Positions 35,933 to 49,284 of a DNA stretch of 64,000 bases are shown piece after piece. The position numbers and the translations under genes were made by a program. Numbering within the stretch: position 1 is the first letter of the stretch; each line of letters starts with the position of its first letter. The DNA is from Lama glama (lineage: Eukaryota), in the NCBI GenBank assembly GCA_028534125.1, contig CM052818.1:26228001-26292000 (forward strand), read 5' to 3'. A model generated the notes under the pieces. The model was not told where the DNA came from and made no database searches. It saw only the letters and a list, made by a program, of their open reading frames with translations.

Positions 35933-36959
35933 ATGACAGAGAATGCATGCAAACAGGTCCCATTACCTCTATGATCTTTTCCAAACTGGAGATTCTGTAA
36001 TGTGATCCTAGGTTATTTGTAAAGGGAGATTCCAAAGGGGCTCAGTGGATGGTTCCAGAACTCTAAAAGTTGATAGTCTCAGTTTTATATTATTTAAATT
36101 TTACTTCCATAGCTACATTGTTCCTTGACACAGATGTGTGTCTAGCACCACTTATGATTTGGAGTCATGAATTACGAGCGTCACTCTTAGGTTCACAAAT
36201 GGAGTAAGAAGGGATGAGGAAGGGAGACTGACTTTGCAAATGAGAGATGATGAGCTAAGAGGAAACTCATGGTACATGTGTATGAGAGAGAAATCTCCAG
36301 GAGGAAAAGTGAACTGAATCATAGTGTGAAAGTCAGAGAGAGGAGTTGGTGCCTGCAGAGACCTCGTCTGATCTGTCATCACAGTGAAACAACTAAATTG
36401 ATGGAAGCTATAAGATTTTAGATTTCTCTGTTCCTGGCCACCTGAAAAATAACTTTCATTTCCCAAAATGTTTCCCAGGGAACAGTCTGCTGCAGAGAGA
36501 ACCTAGCTGCAAAGGGGCATGGAAGACTAAGTTTACTTCCGTAAAGAAAAGAGAGACATGGGGCTTTGGGCAAATTCTTTGAAGTCCCTCTAGAGGATTC
36601 TGGTCTTTAATCCTAGACATGAAATTTGTTGATTTTTGCCCTGGATGATCTATTTCTCAACTTTTCACAGAAACTTCCGTTTGTGACAAGTAAGGAAAGA
36701 AATACTGCACTTGTATTTCTTTCTGTTTTGCCTTCTCGTCCCAGTCACAGCTTTAGAAAGAGGGCATTTACGTGCCTGACGATGCGCTGAAAGACTCGAC
36801 ACAAAGCCCTGCTGACCTGGTACCTGCAGCTCATCTCATCCCCTACAGGCTGGATGCCTTTTGCCTTCACTCTCCGATAGGAAGTGAGGGACACTGAGAC
36901 TTGTCTTGAGACCGTTGACTGTCTAAGGCCAGCACACTGTCCTACTTGCAGTCATCATG

Positions 36960-37200
36960 ATCATGAGGAAGGTGGACTCTGGGATCTGACTGCCTGTTTG
37001 AATTCTGGCTGAGCTCATTCCTAGGCAAATACCTGGACATGTTATCTAACCTCTCAGACCCAGTCTCCAAGCCTCTAAGGCGTGCTAATTAATGACAGCT
37101 AACTCGCTGAGGCATTGTGAAGATTAAATGAGACAATATGGGTAAAGCACTTCTCCCAATGTCTGGCATTTAGTAAACTCCCATGAACACTGGTTATTAT
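36960..37200 (+). mobile_element. MIR SINE
   Basis: ggactctgggatctgactgcctgtttgaattctggct...ttgtgaagattaaatgagacaatatgggtaaagcactt...tctggcatttagtaa. Confidence 0.8.
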
Positions 37201-38369
37201 TACTGTATCTTTCATAGAGTAATAGTATTTCTAATAATAAAGTGGGAGCTCTGCACTGGCCGGAGAACTTGCAGCAAGGAGGATGCTAGGTAGTCATACA
37301 GGCCTTTCCTTGAGTTAATCCCACTCCAAAGCATTTGGTGTTGCCACACACAGGACCTGAAGTTCAGAAATGGCTGTCTCCAAACTGGTGAGTTCCTTGA
37401 GGACTTCTTCTCCATTGTGGTTCATCTGGTTGTGCCCTCTCTTCTCAATAGTAATGACTGTTCCAAGGCGGCCATGAGCTGGAAGAACACTGCTCTGTGG
37501 TAAGCCCAGTGCCACCCTGATTCAATCTGCTTCAGTTCTACAAACCCCAGGTGGTATGTGGGACAATTGATGCAAGCTTCCTTGGCAAATGCTTGCTGGG
37601 CATTGTAGAGACCCTGACTTCAAGGGGACTGCAGATTCTGGTCATCAGAATGACAGCTGTGATAACTGAGCTACCCTTCTGGACAAAATGACAGCTCTCT
37701 CATTGAAAAAGTTTAGGAGATTAATTTTTTCTTTCCTTTGCAACCACTATTTGTTTCAGTAGATGATGAGAAAGAACAAGTTTATAGAGACACCATGAGG
37801 TTGTATAAATAAAATGAAGTTGGGTCTGGGAAATACACACCAAAGAGAATTGAATCCCAAATATCTAACTTTGTAGTCCATACTCTGCCAAAAGTCCCAG
37901 TGAATTAAAGCATAGACTGTGTGACTATGTACACAAAATGCCTTTAAAGTTCTTCCATAAATTTAGAGAAAAAGGGATAGTCTATTTAGGGCTACTAAGG
38001 CAAAATTCCTTACTGTAGATTTATAGGCACTTGTACAAGTGGTCCCCAAACACCCTTTTTAATTTTTTTAATTATAAATAAGAAAGAACAGATTCTACCC
38101 TCACGACTTCCACTTAGGAACTTGTAGTCACCAGGCACAAAGGACAGAGTTCTTGGAAAAAAGGCAAGGCTGAATTCCAGGCCTCTGGAGGCAAAGTTAT
38201 AGTCTGACTGAATGTTGATTATATTTTAAATTAACCATATTTCTACTTTGAAACCCACATATTCTCCACATATTATTTAACATGTTAGTTGCTTTATGTT
38301 GAATTTGTTGAAAAAAAATCTCGCAATATTTTCAGGCCTCTATCATAATGGTTTTTCTTTCTTTCTTCC

Positions 38370-38465
38370 TTTTTTTTTTTTTTAAATGGTGGTACTGGGG
38401 ATTGAATCTAGGACCTCATGCATATTAAGCATGTGCTCTACCACTGAGTTGAACACCACCCCCCT
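38370..38465 (-). mobile_element. tRNA-derived SINE (camelid vic-1-like)
   Basis: Minus strand gggggtggtgttcaactcagtggtagagcacatgcttaatatgcatgaggtcctagattcaatccccagtaccacc plus poly(A); A box and B box present; imperfect TSD tggtttttctttctt / tggttttatttctt. Confidence 0.85.
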
Positions 38466-39069
38466 TGGTTTTATTTCTTAATCTTCTTTTTCAAATAAGT
38501 GAGAGAATCAAACTAAATAAGCAATAATACATACATTATCCACTTAATACAGAAATTCTACAAACTGTGGTTTTCTTTTGGTGCTCATCATCATTATGCA
38601 TATTGAAATCAAGCAGTTTGTACATCTAGGCAGACCAGTTCTCAGGGCATGTGGAAAGGGGCAGAGTCTTGGTCCTTACTATAGGAGAGCCTACAGCTGC
38701 TGTGACCCACATTTGAGCAGTGACTCAGGGACATGGCCGGTGGAGGAAGAGGAAGTGGCTATGGAGAGCTGCTGTTAACAAACATACAACCAACCAAATC
38801 ACTCCTCCCCCACCCCCTCCCATTACCAAGAGTGAGCGTATGGAGACAGCCGTGCAGGAGGGCATGGGTCTGTTTGCTGTATATGAGGACTCCTTTATTA
38901 CAGCTGTTAATGCGACTGAACTCTGAAATGCATGGGGCTTACCCTTGATCCCACAGCCTTATGACAGATTGATTTGTCTACATATAAAATAGCTCTCAAC
39001 TACACTGAGACCATAGGATTTATTTAAATATACTGTATCACTACATTTATAAAAAGTATTCACAATCAC

Positions 39070-40003
39070 CACTTTATAAATTTCCCCAATAACCCTATGG
39101 TATGGGTAAGGAATATCACTCTCATTTTACCAAAGAAGTATTAGGTGTAGGAAAAGAGCTTGATCTTACTAGCAATATAAGAAGTACACCTGAAAACAAG
39201 AAAGCGTATTTTGACTATCCAACCAACAAAGACCTGTAAATCATCAAATTAGAAATATTTTAAAATAATATTTATGCTGGCAAAGTTGCGTTGAGATGGA
39301 AATTCTCTTTCTACTGGTGGAAGTACACATTGCTCCTTTCTGAAGAGCAATTTGCAGCATGTATCAGAACCTTTACACATATTCAAACCTTTGGATGCAG
39401 TAGTTTCATTTCTGAGAGTTCTTTCTAAGGAAGTAATAGGAAATGTGGACAAATACTGTATACTAGGATGCTTCTCATATTATTCTTTACAAAGGTAAAA
39501 ACTTGCAAATAATTGAAATGTTTAACCACAGAATCATACACCTACACAAGGGGGTGCTATAGAGCCCCTGGGAGTGAGATCTTTGAAGAACTTGTAATGA
39601 TGTGAGAAACCGTTCAGAATACAAAGTTAAGTGAAAAAGCAGGGTGAAAGTCTTACATAATAGCATGATCATAGTTCTATAAAAACATGTATGTAAATCC
39701 ATTTACACTAGATTGGCGGAAACAGAACTGTAGTAATCAGAGGTTTCTGGGTTGTGTATAATTTGCATTTTAAAAATACTTTTCTGTATGTTCTGTATTT
39801 TTAGAAGGAGGCTATATTACTTTTGTAGCCAGAAAAAAAAAACCACCACAACAAGTTTCTTAAAAATAAATTAAAGTGTAAAGGAAGTGTGCTCAGAGAG
39901 ATGAGTTAACTTGCCCAAGGTCACACAGCTGCTAAGCAGAGGAGCCAGCACTTAACCCCAGTTCTGGCTCCAATCCCAATGTCTTCTTCCCCACACTACA
40001 GTG
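39070..40003 (-). mobile_element. MIR split by an L1 insertion (parts ~39070-39170 and ~39888-40003)
   Basis: caataaccctatggtatgggta...ctcattttac, then after the L1 gctcagagagatgagttaacttgcccaaggtcacacagct. Confidence 0.65.
39240..39870 (+). mobile_element. L1ME-like 3' region
   Basis: ctttctgaagagcaatttgcagcatgtatcagaaccttta...cctttggatgcagtagtttcatttctgagagttctttctaaggaa...gttaagtgaaaaagcagg. Confidence 0.8.
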
Positions 40004-40647
40004 TCTCTGAAAGCAGATAAGTTGAGCAACACATCATTGATGTTTGAGTTGCTAGAGAACAAACCATTTGTGGAATTATGCTAGAATCTCCATTACTACT
40101 TAGATTAGACTAGGTATGTAAGTAAGCTTTGTGATACTCCTCAACTTTCTGAGTCCTACAGGCTGCTGACACCCACATTTAGAACATTCAGGTCTGCTAA
40201 GCTCACCTGCTAGGTATCACTTGCACTAGATGTGAAACTCCCTTAACACAGAGAATCATGGTGATCCAATAATAGAACACAGCCTGGAGAGGTTGTTTAT
40301 TCCAGGGATTTCCAAAATGACCTAAACAGCAGAATTACAAGAATGATTTTCCAAAAATACAGATCCAGGTCCCACCCTAGAGATCTTATTTTAGTAAGTC
40401 TGTGGTGGGGCCCTTGCCTCTAGATCAGGACTGTTTTTAAACCATTCTAACCAGTGGTAGAAATGTGTCTGGTGAGTCCCCTGTATGCGTGGTGAGTCAC
40501 AGGTGGTGATTCCACTACCCAAGGTTAGAAAAAGTCCCCCTCAAAATCAGTATTCATTTAGATCTTTACTGGTCACTGAGTCCTGTGATGACTTGGGCCA
40601 TCCACACGGTGGTTAATGAGGGAATCACCTTGTCTCCCATTGCTGCC

Positions 40648-41173
40648 TATACTGGTGTTCTATTTTTGCTTAACAAATGACCATCCCACCCCACCTCAAC
40701 TTAGTGTCTTCAAACAACAAACATTTATAAGAGTTTCTGTTGATCTGGAATCTGGGCACAGATTCACTGTGTGCCTCTCGGTCAGGGTCTCTCTGAGGTT
40801 GCAGGCGAGCTGTTGGCCAGGGCTGTGGTTTCATCTGAATGCCAGAGAGGGGACGAAATGGGGAGGGGGTCGTCTTCCATGCTCACTTACATAGGTATTG
40901 GCAGGTCTCTGTCCTTTTCCCTCCAACCTTGCTCACTACGTGGCTCCCCAGAAAGAGTGATCAGAGAGAGAGGGAGAGGGAGAATGAGAGTGAGAGAGTT
41001 TGCACTCAAGCTGGAAGCCACAATCTTTTTATGATCTAATCTCAGAATTGACATCCCATCACTTTTCTGTATTTGCTAGACATGAGTTAATAACCAAGGG
41101 GATGAAATTATACATGAGTGTGAACACCAGGATTCAGGGTCACTGGCAGCCATCTGGGAGGATACTTGCCACA
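40648..41173 (-). mobile_element. MLT1 (MaLR) solo LTR with 5-bp TSD
   Basis: aacttagtgtcttcaaacaacaaacattt...ggccagggctgtggtttcatctga...gtgtgaacaccagg...tgccaca; CTGCC at 40643-40647 and 41174-41178. Confidence 0.88.
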
Positions 41174-41658
41174 CTGCCCCCGGCAAACAGCAGAGTTAAA
41201 GTTCTACACCAAACTATCTTCCTCTCCACCCTTTAATTTCTACTTGGTAAGTAGGTAGAGGTGGGGCTGGAGTGAACCCTGTCCATTGCTGGTAATTAAA
41301 TCATAGGCCCAAAGCAGAAGAAAAACAAACCTTTAGGTTTAATGTTGCTCAGTGCCTCGATTTTCACACATAGATGTTACCCTAGGTATCAATAGAGAGA
41401 CTCAATTACTCAACAGGGTCACTCACTCTGTTTTTGTTTTGTCATTAATGGAGTATACATTTCAAATAGCCTTGGGAGCTATTATTTTCAACTCTGGCCC
41501 TAACTTGTGAAACAATGATCAATTCTCCTAGAAAACAGACTTGCACTTCATGTCCTGATCTCAAAAGCAACTTGCTTGGGGGCTAATATAATTGTATTTT
41601 CTATCCTCTTTAGATAGACAACAAATATTGAGTAAAAATAAATTTCTTTATTTATATT

Positions 41659-41748
41659 CTGTGCATATGTGTATATATACACACATGTATATATATATAT
41701 GTATTTTTAATATATGTGTATACACACACATACACATCCCACACACAC
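41659..41748. repeat. Low-complexity (TA/CA/TG) tract
   Basis: tgtgcatatgtgtatatatacacacatgtatatatatatatgtat...acacacac. Confidence 0.85.
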
Positions 41749-42574
41749 TTCACTGGAACCCCCTAGTGTGCCTTAGTTTACCCCACTATCTCCAGCTCAG
41801 CCTTGGTAGCGGAGCCTTCTTCTAGTAATGTGGACAAAGCTAGGCATCCAGACACAGCCAGTTTATCCACTAGACCTGCCGTGTGAAGTTAATTTCAACT
41901 TGTCATCTGGTTGCCAGCTGACCCCTGCTACAAGCATTTTCCAGCATCTCAACTTGTTAGCGTCACAGCCACAGATTAAAGCAGCAAATACAGCTGCACC
42001 ATGGCTGCTCTTAGGATGGGGTGTTTTCCGACTCACTCTGTGAAATCACTGGTGAGGAGGGAGTCCCCATTGTCATTTCAGCTGCCAAGACATTTCATGC
42101 TAACGAACTGTGAAAGAGAAGTTGCTAATGACATGAAATCCCTTTTTATGGCCAGGGCTGGGCCAGGGCCACCAGACGGGCCATGTTTTTCCCATGCTGC
42201 TGGACCACTAGGAGAAGTTCTTAACCACCAAGGCTGATCCCTGGTCAGGGGGGGTGGGAGAAGGACAGGCCAATCCATAAGCAATGCCCACGGACTCTGG
42301 GAACACTGGCATGATTCCACTGGCCACTATCCTCTTCCTTTTCAACACCTCAAAATTTTAGAAGGGAGCTTAAGCTAGCTAGGTTCAGAGCAAAATAGAA
42401 GAGGTAATACTTTTGGCAGACCACCTAGGAAAACTAAAAGTAATTCCCAAGGTACCTGTTTGAGTTATGGAAAGTCCCATAAATATTGCTGTCCCATTGG
42501 AGCCTGTCCCTACCCCAGCTCAAGCCAGCTGATGGCCCGAAGACGTGCACAAAGGAATTGCCAAGGGAAGCACT

Positions 42575-42760
42575 TGGGGTACAATGGAAAGACCCCTGCT
42601 TTGGAGTCAGAGAACCTGCTTCCATGTTTCACTTTTGTTATTTCCTAGCTGTGTGATCTTGTGTAAAACACTGGAATTTTCTGAATTTCATATCCTTATC
42701 TATACATTATTAACTACTTCATATGATTGTTGTGAAATTGACTATTAAAATAATGTCACT
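42575..42760 (+). mobile_element. MIR SINE
   Basis: gctttggagtcagagaacctg...ttcctagctgtgtgatcttgtgtaaaac. Confidence 0.7.
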
Positions 42761-43189
42761 AGACAAAGAAGGGAATATTAAAATAATGTCATTATTAAAG
42801 ATATCTTCTTTACCATTCTGTCCCTGTGACAGAAATTCTACCATCAAAAGTATGATTCTTTGGGATAAGGCTGTCTTCTCCGGTGGCCCCTTGTAAAAGC
42901 AAACACCTTTGGGAAAAGGTAACACAGAATCCATGAGTGATCAGTCAATAGATCTAATTTCCCCAGCAAGTAGGCATTTTACAGTACTGAAGGGATGAAG
43001 GTGCAAGTGAAAAGGGATTTGGGGCAGCGTGGATGCTGTCTACAAAGAATGGAAATGCAGTTGGGTACCTGGTCTTCATGTGAAACCAGAGGCTGGGTGG
43101 TGCAGGGACATTTCTGGGAAGGAGAAGGGTGCCCTGGATGTGTGTGGGGTCACTTGGCGAGAGCCTGATACTTGAGTTCATTAAGTCTC

Positions 43190-43295
43190 CATTTTCCCAG
43201 TGAACTTCAAGTTCCTGTTTCCTGTTCACCAATGCTTCCCCATGGCTTAATATAGTGCTTGGTGTGTGACAGTTGCTAAATGAATGCTTGTAGAC
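43190..43295 (+). mobile_element. L2 3' end
   Basis: ccccatggcttaatatagtgcttggtgtgtgacagttgctaaatgaatgcttg. Confidence 0.55.
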
Positions 43296-44169
43296 TAAAA
43301 GCCGTGTTTTGCAGACTTCACCCTTTCCCCAGGGTCAATCATCAATCAGCTGATTAACCTGGGCTTTGGGACACCTCTCCTGGACACACTTTCCTCCCTG
43401 ACCTCTGGTCTTATTCTCTGACATTTCTGAGGGGGTGCAAATCTCCACCTCTCTGAGGCATTCCAACCCTGCCAATGGCTTCCTAAGTGCACTAGAAGTC
43501 CTGGACGGACAGAGGTCTGCATGGTGGGGCCCCTCCTACACACAGGTCAATTCCTCATCACTTTAGACTCAGAATCTGAATGAGAACTAATACCAGGTGT
43601 GGGTGACATCCCTAAGGCAGGGGCACCTGGCCCAGGGGCTGGCCTGACCTGAGAAGTCCTTGCTTAGGCCTCCTGGTACCTTTGGATTCCTGTCTTTATC
43701 ATGAACCCTCTCTGATCAATTTTATAATTCTTCTGTGTGAAACAAAATCGACATTGCAGTTCCTGGGTGATTAGAGGACAGATACAGATTCAGGGGGGGA
43801 AGTGTGTTTCCCCAGTAACCAGAAGACTGAATTTAGGAGGCAAGAAAATCAGAAAGTTTCAAATAGTGAAGCATCAAATTGGCTTTCACCTGATTAAAAC
43901 AGTAGCTCAAAATTCCCTTTTTATCCAGGCATTTACAATAGATTTTTTTAACTGTTCGATGCCTGATCCTCAGAGGAGGTTGAAACCCCCGCCCTGTGTT
44001 TTGCTGACACAAATGCAAAGGCTCCTGATGCCTCCTCTGTGGCTTTAGCTCCTGTAATTACGGAAACTGGTGCGAGTGAAGCCCAGCGTGAAAATGATAA
44101 AAATAGCCCCTATTTACTGAGCGCAGAACATATGCCACGCACAGTGCTAAGTGCTATCTATATATATCT

Positions 44170-44645
44170 TTTTCATTTTTAAACAGTTTTATTGACAGGT
44201 ATTAATGTACAATATACTACACATATTCAACATGTACAGTCTGATAAACTTTAACATATGTTTTCAGCCATAAGATTATCACCACAATCAATAATGAACA
44301 CAGTCATCACCCCAAAAGTTTCCTGATGGCCCCTTGTTGTCCCTTCCTCCTGCCCTTCTCTGGCCCACAGCCCCATGCTCAGATAACCAGCCAGTCATCT
44401 GCTTTCAGTCACTCTAATTACTTCGCATTTTCTAGAATTTTATATGATTGGAACTATTATACAATATGGCCTCTTTTTTGTCTGACTTCTTTACTCCTCA
44501 GAACTATTCTGAGATTGATTCATGCTATTACAGGTAATAATGGAGTTCATTCCTTTTTATTGCTGAGTAGTGTTCCATTCGCATGGAGTCACCACAACTT
44601 GTTTTTCACTTGCTAACAAATACCTGGATCATTTCTAGTTTTAGT
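44170..44645 (-). mobile_element. L1MB/L1MC-like 3' end
   Basis: tttaaacagttttattga...catcaccccaaaagtttcctgatggcccctt...ttttctagaattttatat...ttcattcctttttattgctgagtagtgttccatt. Confidence 0.85.
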
Positions 44646-47436
44646 TTGTGAGGCAGAGTCTACAACTGAGGTAAGGATTGTTTCCATTAGTCCCTAAAGT
44701 GGAGAGTCAGAAAACTGACTTTCTGGAAGTCCAGTAACCCTCTGAAAGAGACGACTGCTTTGCATTCATAGTCCAGGGCTCCCAAAGCCTGTTAAGTGTC
44801 CCGTGAAGACCTGTCTCAGAGCACTTATCATGAGGGAGAGATTGGAAATTTTCTTTATGAAAGTATGCACACTGTACCCAGAATAAGGTCTTTCTTTGCC
44901 CACATGAAAAGAGATTATTAACATTGAAAGTGAGAAAAGGTAGATCGTATATATGAGTCAAGATTTTTTTGTACTTGCTTCTGAGAGTGAACTATTCCTC
45001 AACTGCAGCCATATCCCTAGGATAGTTATGTTAAACAGCCATATACGCTGCCCCCCGTGTACACACAATCAAAACTTACAATACAACATTTGAGATACTC
45101 TCCCAAGAAAGGACCCAGATCTGAGAGTTTAGGACAAGAATGCTCCCTTTACCTATTACAGGTTTAATTGTTAACGCTCTCTCCTTATTCTCTCCCCAAA
45201 GTTCTATAAGATAGACTTAACGTCTATATTTTTTAACGACTTATCAAATCACTCAAATCTCAGTCAGGGATGGGAAATGCTACACTTGATAATAACCACA
45301 GATCTCATTCACATTCATTTTGTTGGTCTTTCTTCACCATCCTTTCTTTTAGGGGGAGCACAGTGGTCATTTTTATCACGTTCATCATAGCTGATCACTT
45401 TCTGTGCTCTGTGCCGACTTCGTTTACAGTCAGTTTCCCCTGGCAGCCCATGTGGAAGTGAATTCAAACGCCTGTGTTTGGGTGAGTGTGTGTGCACGTA
45501 CTCTACTTCCTTTTATTAACTTGGGGACAATTTCTCACCTTGTTCTCTAGCTTTGCAGCCAAAATGAGTACAGGGCTTCTATTGATTTTTGTGGCCTGGA
45601 GTTGGGTTGCTCTCAACGAAAATGAAACATACTCAGATCTGTCCCATGGAGAATGGAGCAAGCAGAGAAATAGGCCATAAATTCAGGTGTACTCAAGCAC
45701 AGGCTGTAGTTGAATTTCATTCTTTCTTTGAGTACAGGCCAAATGCTGCAGTTGGGCTTAAACTGGCTGTACAGGGAAGAATTTGGGAGCTTTTACTATG
45801 AAGGATAAGTTCCATTATTCATCCTACTCACATGAGTTCTACGAGCAAAAGGAACTAGCACTATAGATTGTACACAACTCAGCTTCCCCAGGGAACTAGC
45901 TCCCTGAGGCCAGGTAGCTTTGAGGTGGGATAAAGCATGAAAAGGAAGCCATGTTCTATCCTACATCTGCGTGTTTACCATTGCCAGGCATGTATGTGAT
46001 AGCGAAAAAATAAATGCTCTTACACTTGATTCATCTCTGCAAATGGTGCTATCATGTAGCCTGATATGGTTTTCTGTTTTAAAGTCAATGGAAATCAACA
46101 ACTTAGGTGAGGAATTTGAACTGTATTTCTACTGTTTCTGCTGGGCAAGCACAACTGAGTGACTTCTTAACTCCCTTGTTGGAGTATTGGACTTGATACC
46201 CTTATTAAAGCCCACCAAATCGAATCATTATGTTTCAGGGGTGGGGTTTCACCTAACGACATAGCCACATTTACGCAGAGTGAGTGTATTTCTTACCTAG
46301 AAGGAGAGACCCAGCCTTACCAACCGCTGAGGCTGCGAGCATTTGGACCTTCCTAATTTCTTAAGAGATTAAATTCCACAAAACTTTTAAAATTCAGAAT
46401 TTCATATGTTGAAAAGAGCAGAACCTGCAGAGGTTGCTCATTTTAAATATTTTTCTTTTAATTATTTTTTTCAATGATATAAAAAGACTGCTGGCTGATA
46501 GTTTGTTGTTTTTTAATGAAACTTTTGTGAGGAGAGTTAAGGTAGAATTTCCTCCCTGTATTTTGTTTGCTTCCTTTCTTCCCACTTCTCTTTGCTCATC
46601 TTGCCAAAACTAACGTTTCTCCATGGCTTTGGTATGCTTTTTCCTCCAGCAGAACTTTTGATCTTTACAGATTTAGAGTTTGGAATAAGCATTGGTGGCC
46701 TCGAGTTTGCAAAAAAAACCCCTTAATTTTCTTAACGTATTACTTTTGTGAACTTGCCATCACTCAGTAATGTCACTTCCCTTATGTAAAATCCAATTAA
46801 TTAAACAGCATTGGGCAATTATCCAGTGAATTCGGGAAAGTATAGCTAGGCTGACATAAGCTGTTGGGAAGTCATTAATTCACCATATATGACTCTCAAA
46901 ACTCTGCTTAGCATGATTCACATAGAATTAGCCTAGGAATTTAGCTGGGGACTCAAAGCAGGGAAAAGCTCTCATCCTTAGTCCTAGCTGGTATTGGTCT
47001 AGCAACTTCATAAGGAACCACTGTAAACTTTCTGTTTTCCCAATCCATTGTTCATTCTCCTTCAGAGAAAAAGAAGGTCTCATTGCTGATTATTGTGCAG
47101 CATCTTCAAACACAAAACCAGTAAGACCAGTAACTCTTTATAGTTAAAGAGTTTTATTAAATACAGTAAGAGAGCTAATATAATTAAGTTAAGCAGTCAT
47201 TAGGCCGTAAGTTCCTTAAATGATAATGAGAGACTTAACCCTTCTGTGAAGCCAAAGGCCCCACCACCACCAGGAGTTAGTCTCAAGCAATATCTTTCAT
47301 GCCCCGTGGGCCCCAGACTCTCATCTGACGTCCATTGTAGCTAAGGCGTTGGTGTCCTGCACCCACAGCTAGCCTGGGACAGTGTGCTCCCTTAATCGTT
47401 ATAATTGCTATCAAAAGGTTGCCAAACATCATTCCT

Positions 47437-47493
47437 TTTTGGTTCATATTGAAGTCAACCTCTTTTGGCTTCTTTTGATTCATATTGAAGTCA
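47437..47493 (+). repeat. 21-bp direct repeat, 36-bp period
   Basis: ttttggttcatattgaagtca (47437-47457) and ttttgattcatattgaagtca (47473-47493). Confidence 0.9.
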
Positions 47494-48833
47494 GCTAAAT
47501 TACTCTAGAAAATAGAGTCCAAGAAATCTTTTGTGGAGCAATGAAATGGAATTGGCCCATATGAGCATTCACAATGAGAATTCAGATAAGCTGAAAATTG
47601 ATGCAGAAAGGCAGAGAAGGAAACAGAAGGGCAGCATGATACTCAGTGATTGTGTGAAAGGGAAGGGAAAGCCACCTTCCATAACCCCAAGCATAAGTCA
47701 CAGATGGCCCTGCCAGAACATGGCTTCAGAGAAAACAAATACACCAGTAGAGATAAACCAGAAGTAGCTGCAAATGCTTCTTGAAAAAGTTTTGAATGAT
47801 ACTCTCCCAAATCTAGTGAATCCACTCTTTTCTCTGTCTGGATTCAGAGACAGAGATCTTAGAGCTGGAGGTTCCAATTATGACAGGTCATCCATGCTTC
47901 CATCCTCCCATCCAACCATCCATCTAGGCTTTAAATCTCTATGTACTAGGTAAGATAGTCCCTGCTTCTGACTTTTGGTTGGGAACACATGCACACACAA
48001 CACACGCATGCACACACACACACTTTTATTTTGAAATGAATAAACGAATGCCTAATAAAGAATATCAAACTTCTCCAGAAGTAAGGGCCAAGAGAGTATT
48101 TTCATATCAGGAAAATATTTAATGACAAGGCCAACATCACCACCTCCACTAAGCATCCTACTTATAAACACCCTTACTTCTTAATTAACCTCCCCATTCT
48201 CCAGTAAACAAAGCCTCCCTTCCTAACAGAACCACCCGTATCAGTCTTTTTGGTGTCTGGAATAATTTTTAATAACTACCTAGTTACTCTATTCAAAATC
48301 ACTCCCCTAAATCCAAGGGATAAATGCCATACAGTTTTCCTCTGATACATCTCAGCTCCAACTCAAATCATGGTCAGGAACCCCTCACCTTGGTTTCTGT
48401 TTGCTGAGGAAACATCACCTTGAGCCTCTGCTCATCCCAAGCCATCATCCCTGAGAAAAGCGATCTTACTCCCAATTATGACTCCTAGCACATATCATTG
48501 TACACCCTTGTCTGGAGGAAGTGGGGTACTGAGGCCATTTCCAAATCCTCTTTTGGGAAATGGGCAAGCTTGATGCCCTTTAACCAAGACGGGATGGGGA
48601 GCAGGGCAGCAGCACCCTGAGTGACACATCTGACAGGCTCTTCACATTCATATCTTTCCTGCAGTCCTGAGATGGTAGACACACTGAGAGAATGGGGAAA
48701 GGGAAAATTGCATTATAAAGAAAACTTTGCTGAGAGCTTACTACATGCTTGACTTTCTCTACCATGGTCCAGTTGTCCCTAGTGTGGATGCCCACAGCCC
48801 CCTGTGTTTACACCAATCACTGTACTTGCTCCA

Positions 48834-49284
48834 TGTGGTCTGCTGACTAATAGACCCCAAGATACCCAAGTCCTAATCCCCAGAACATGTGAATGGTACC
48901 TTATACGGCAAAGGGGACTTTGTAGATGGGATCAACTTGAGGATCTTGAAACAGGGAGATTATTCAGGTGGGTCTAACGTTACCACAGTGATCCTTATAA
49001 GAGGAATACAGGAGAAGACAGAAGTCAGACAGAAATAGATAAAATGATGGAAACAAGAGGTTGGAGTCATGAGCCAAGGAAAGCAGGCAGCCCCCAGAAG
49101 CTAGAAAAGGCAAGGAAATGGATTCTCCCCGCAGCTTCCAGATGGGCCTCCAGCCCTGTTGACACCTTGACTTTAGCCTAGTGAAACTGATTTGAGATTT
49201 CTGGCTTCCAGAACTGTAACAGAATAAATCTGTGTTAGTTTAAGTTACCAAGTTTGTGGTAATTTGTGGTGGCAGCAACGAAAA
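48834..49284 (+). mobile_element. MLT1 (MLT1D-like) solo LTR
   Basis: tgtggt...gtcctaatccccagaacatgtgaat...gagccaaggaaagcaggcagc...ctggcttccagaactgtaacagaataaatctgtgttagtttaag...gcagcaac; CTCCA on both sides. Confidence 0.9.

Noticed and set aside
37315..37515. Peptide GEEVLKELTSLETAISELQ that looks helical or coding
   Set aside because: Short, not recognised, no convincing splice context; would need tBLASTn/PhyloCSF support
38385..38460. tRNA gene
   Set aside because: Poly(A) tail, TSD and degenerate stems indicate a SINE, not a functional tRNA
47437..47493. CRISPR-like repeat-spacer-repeat
   Set aside because: Only two copies, eukaryotic context, no cas genes; same for 7217-7288 and 42743-42791
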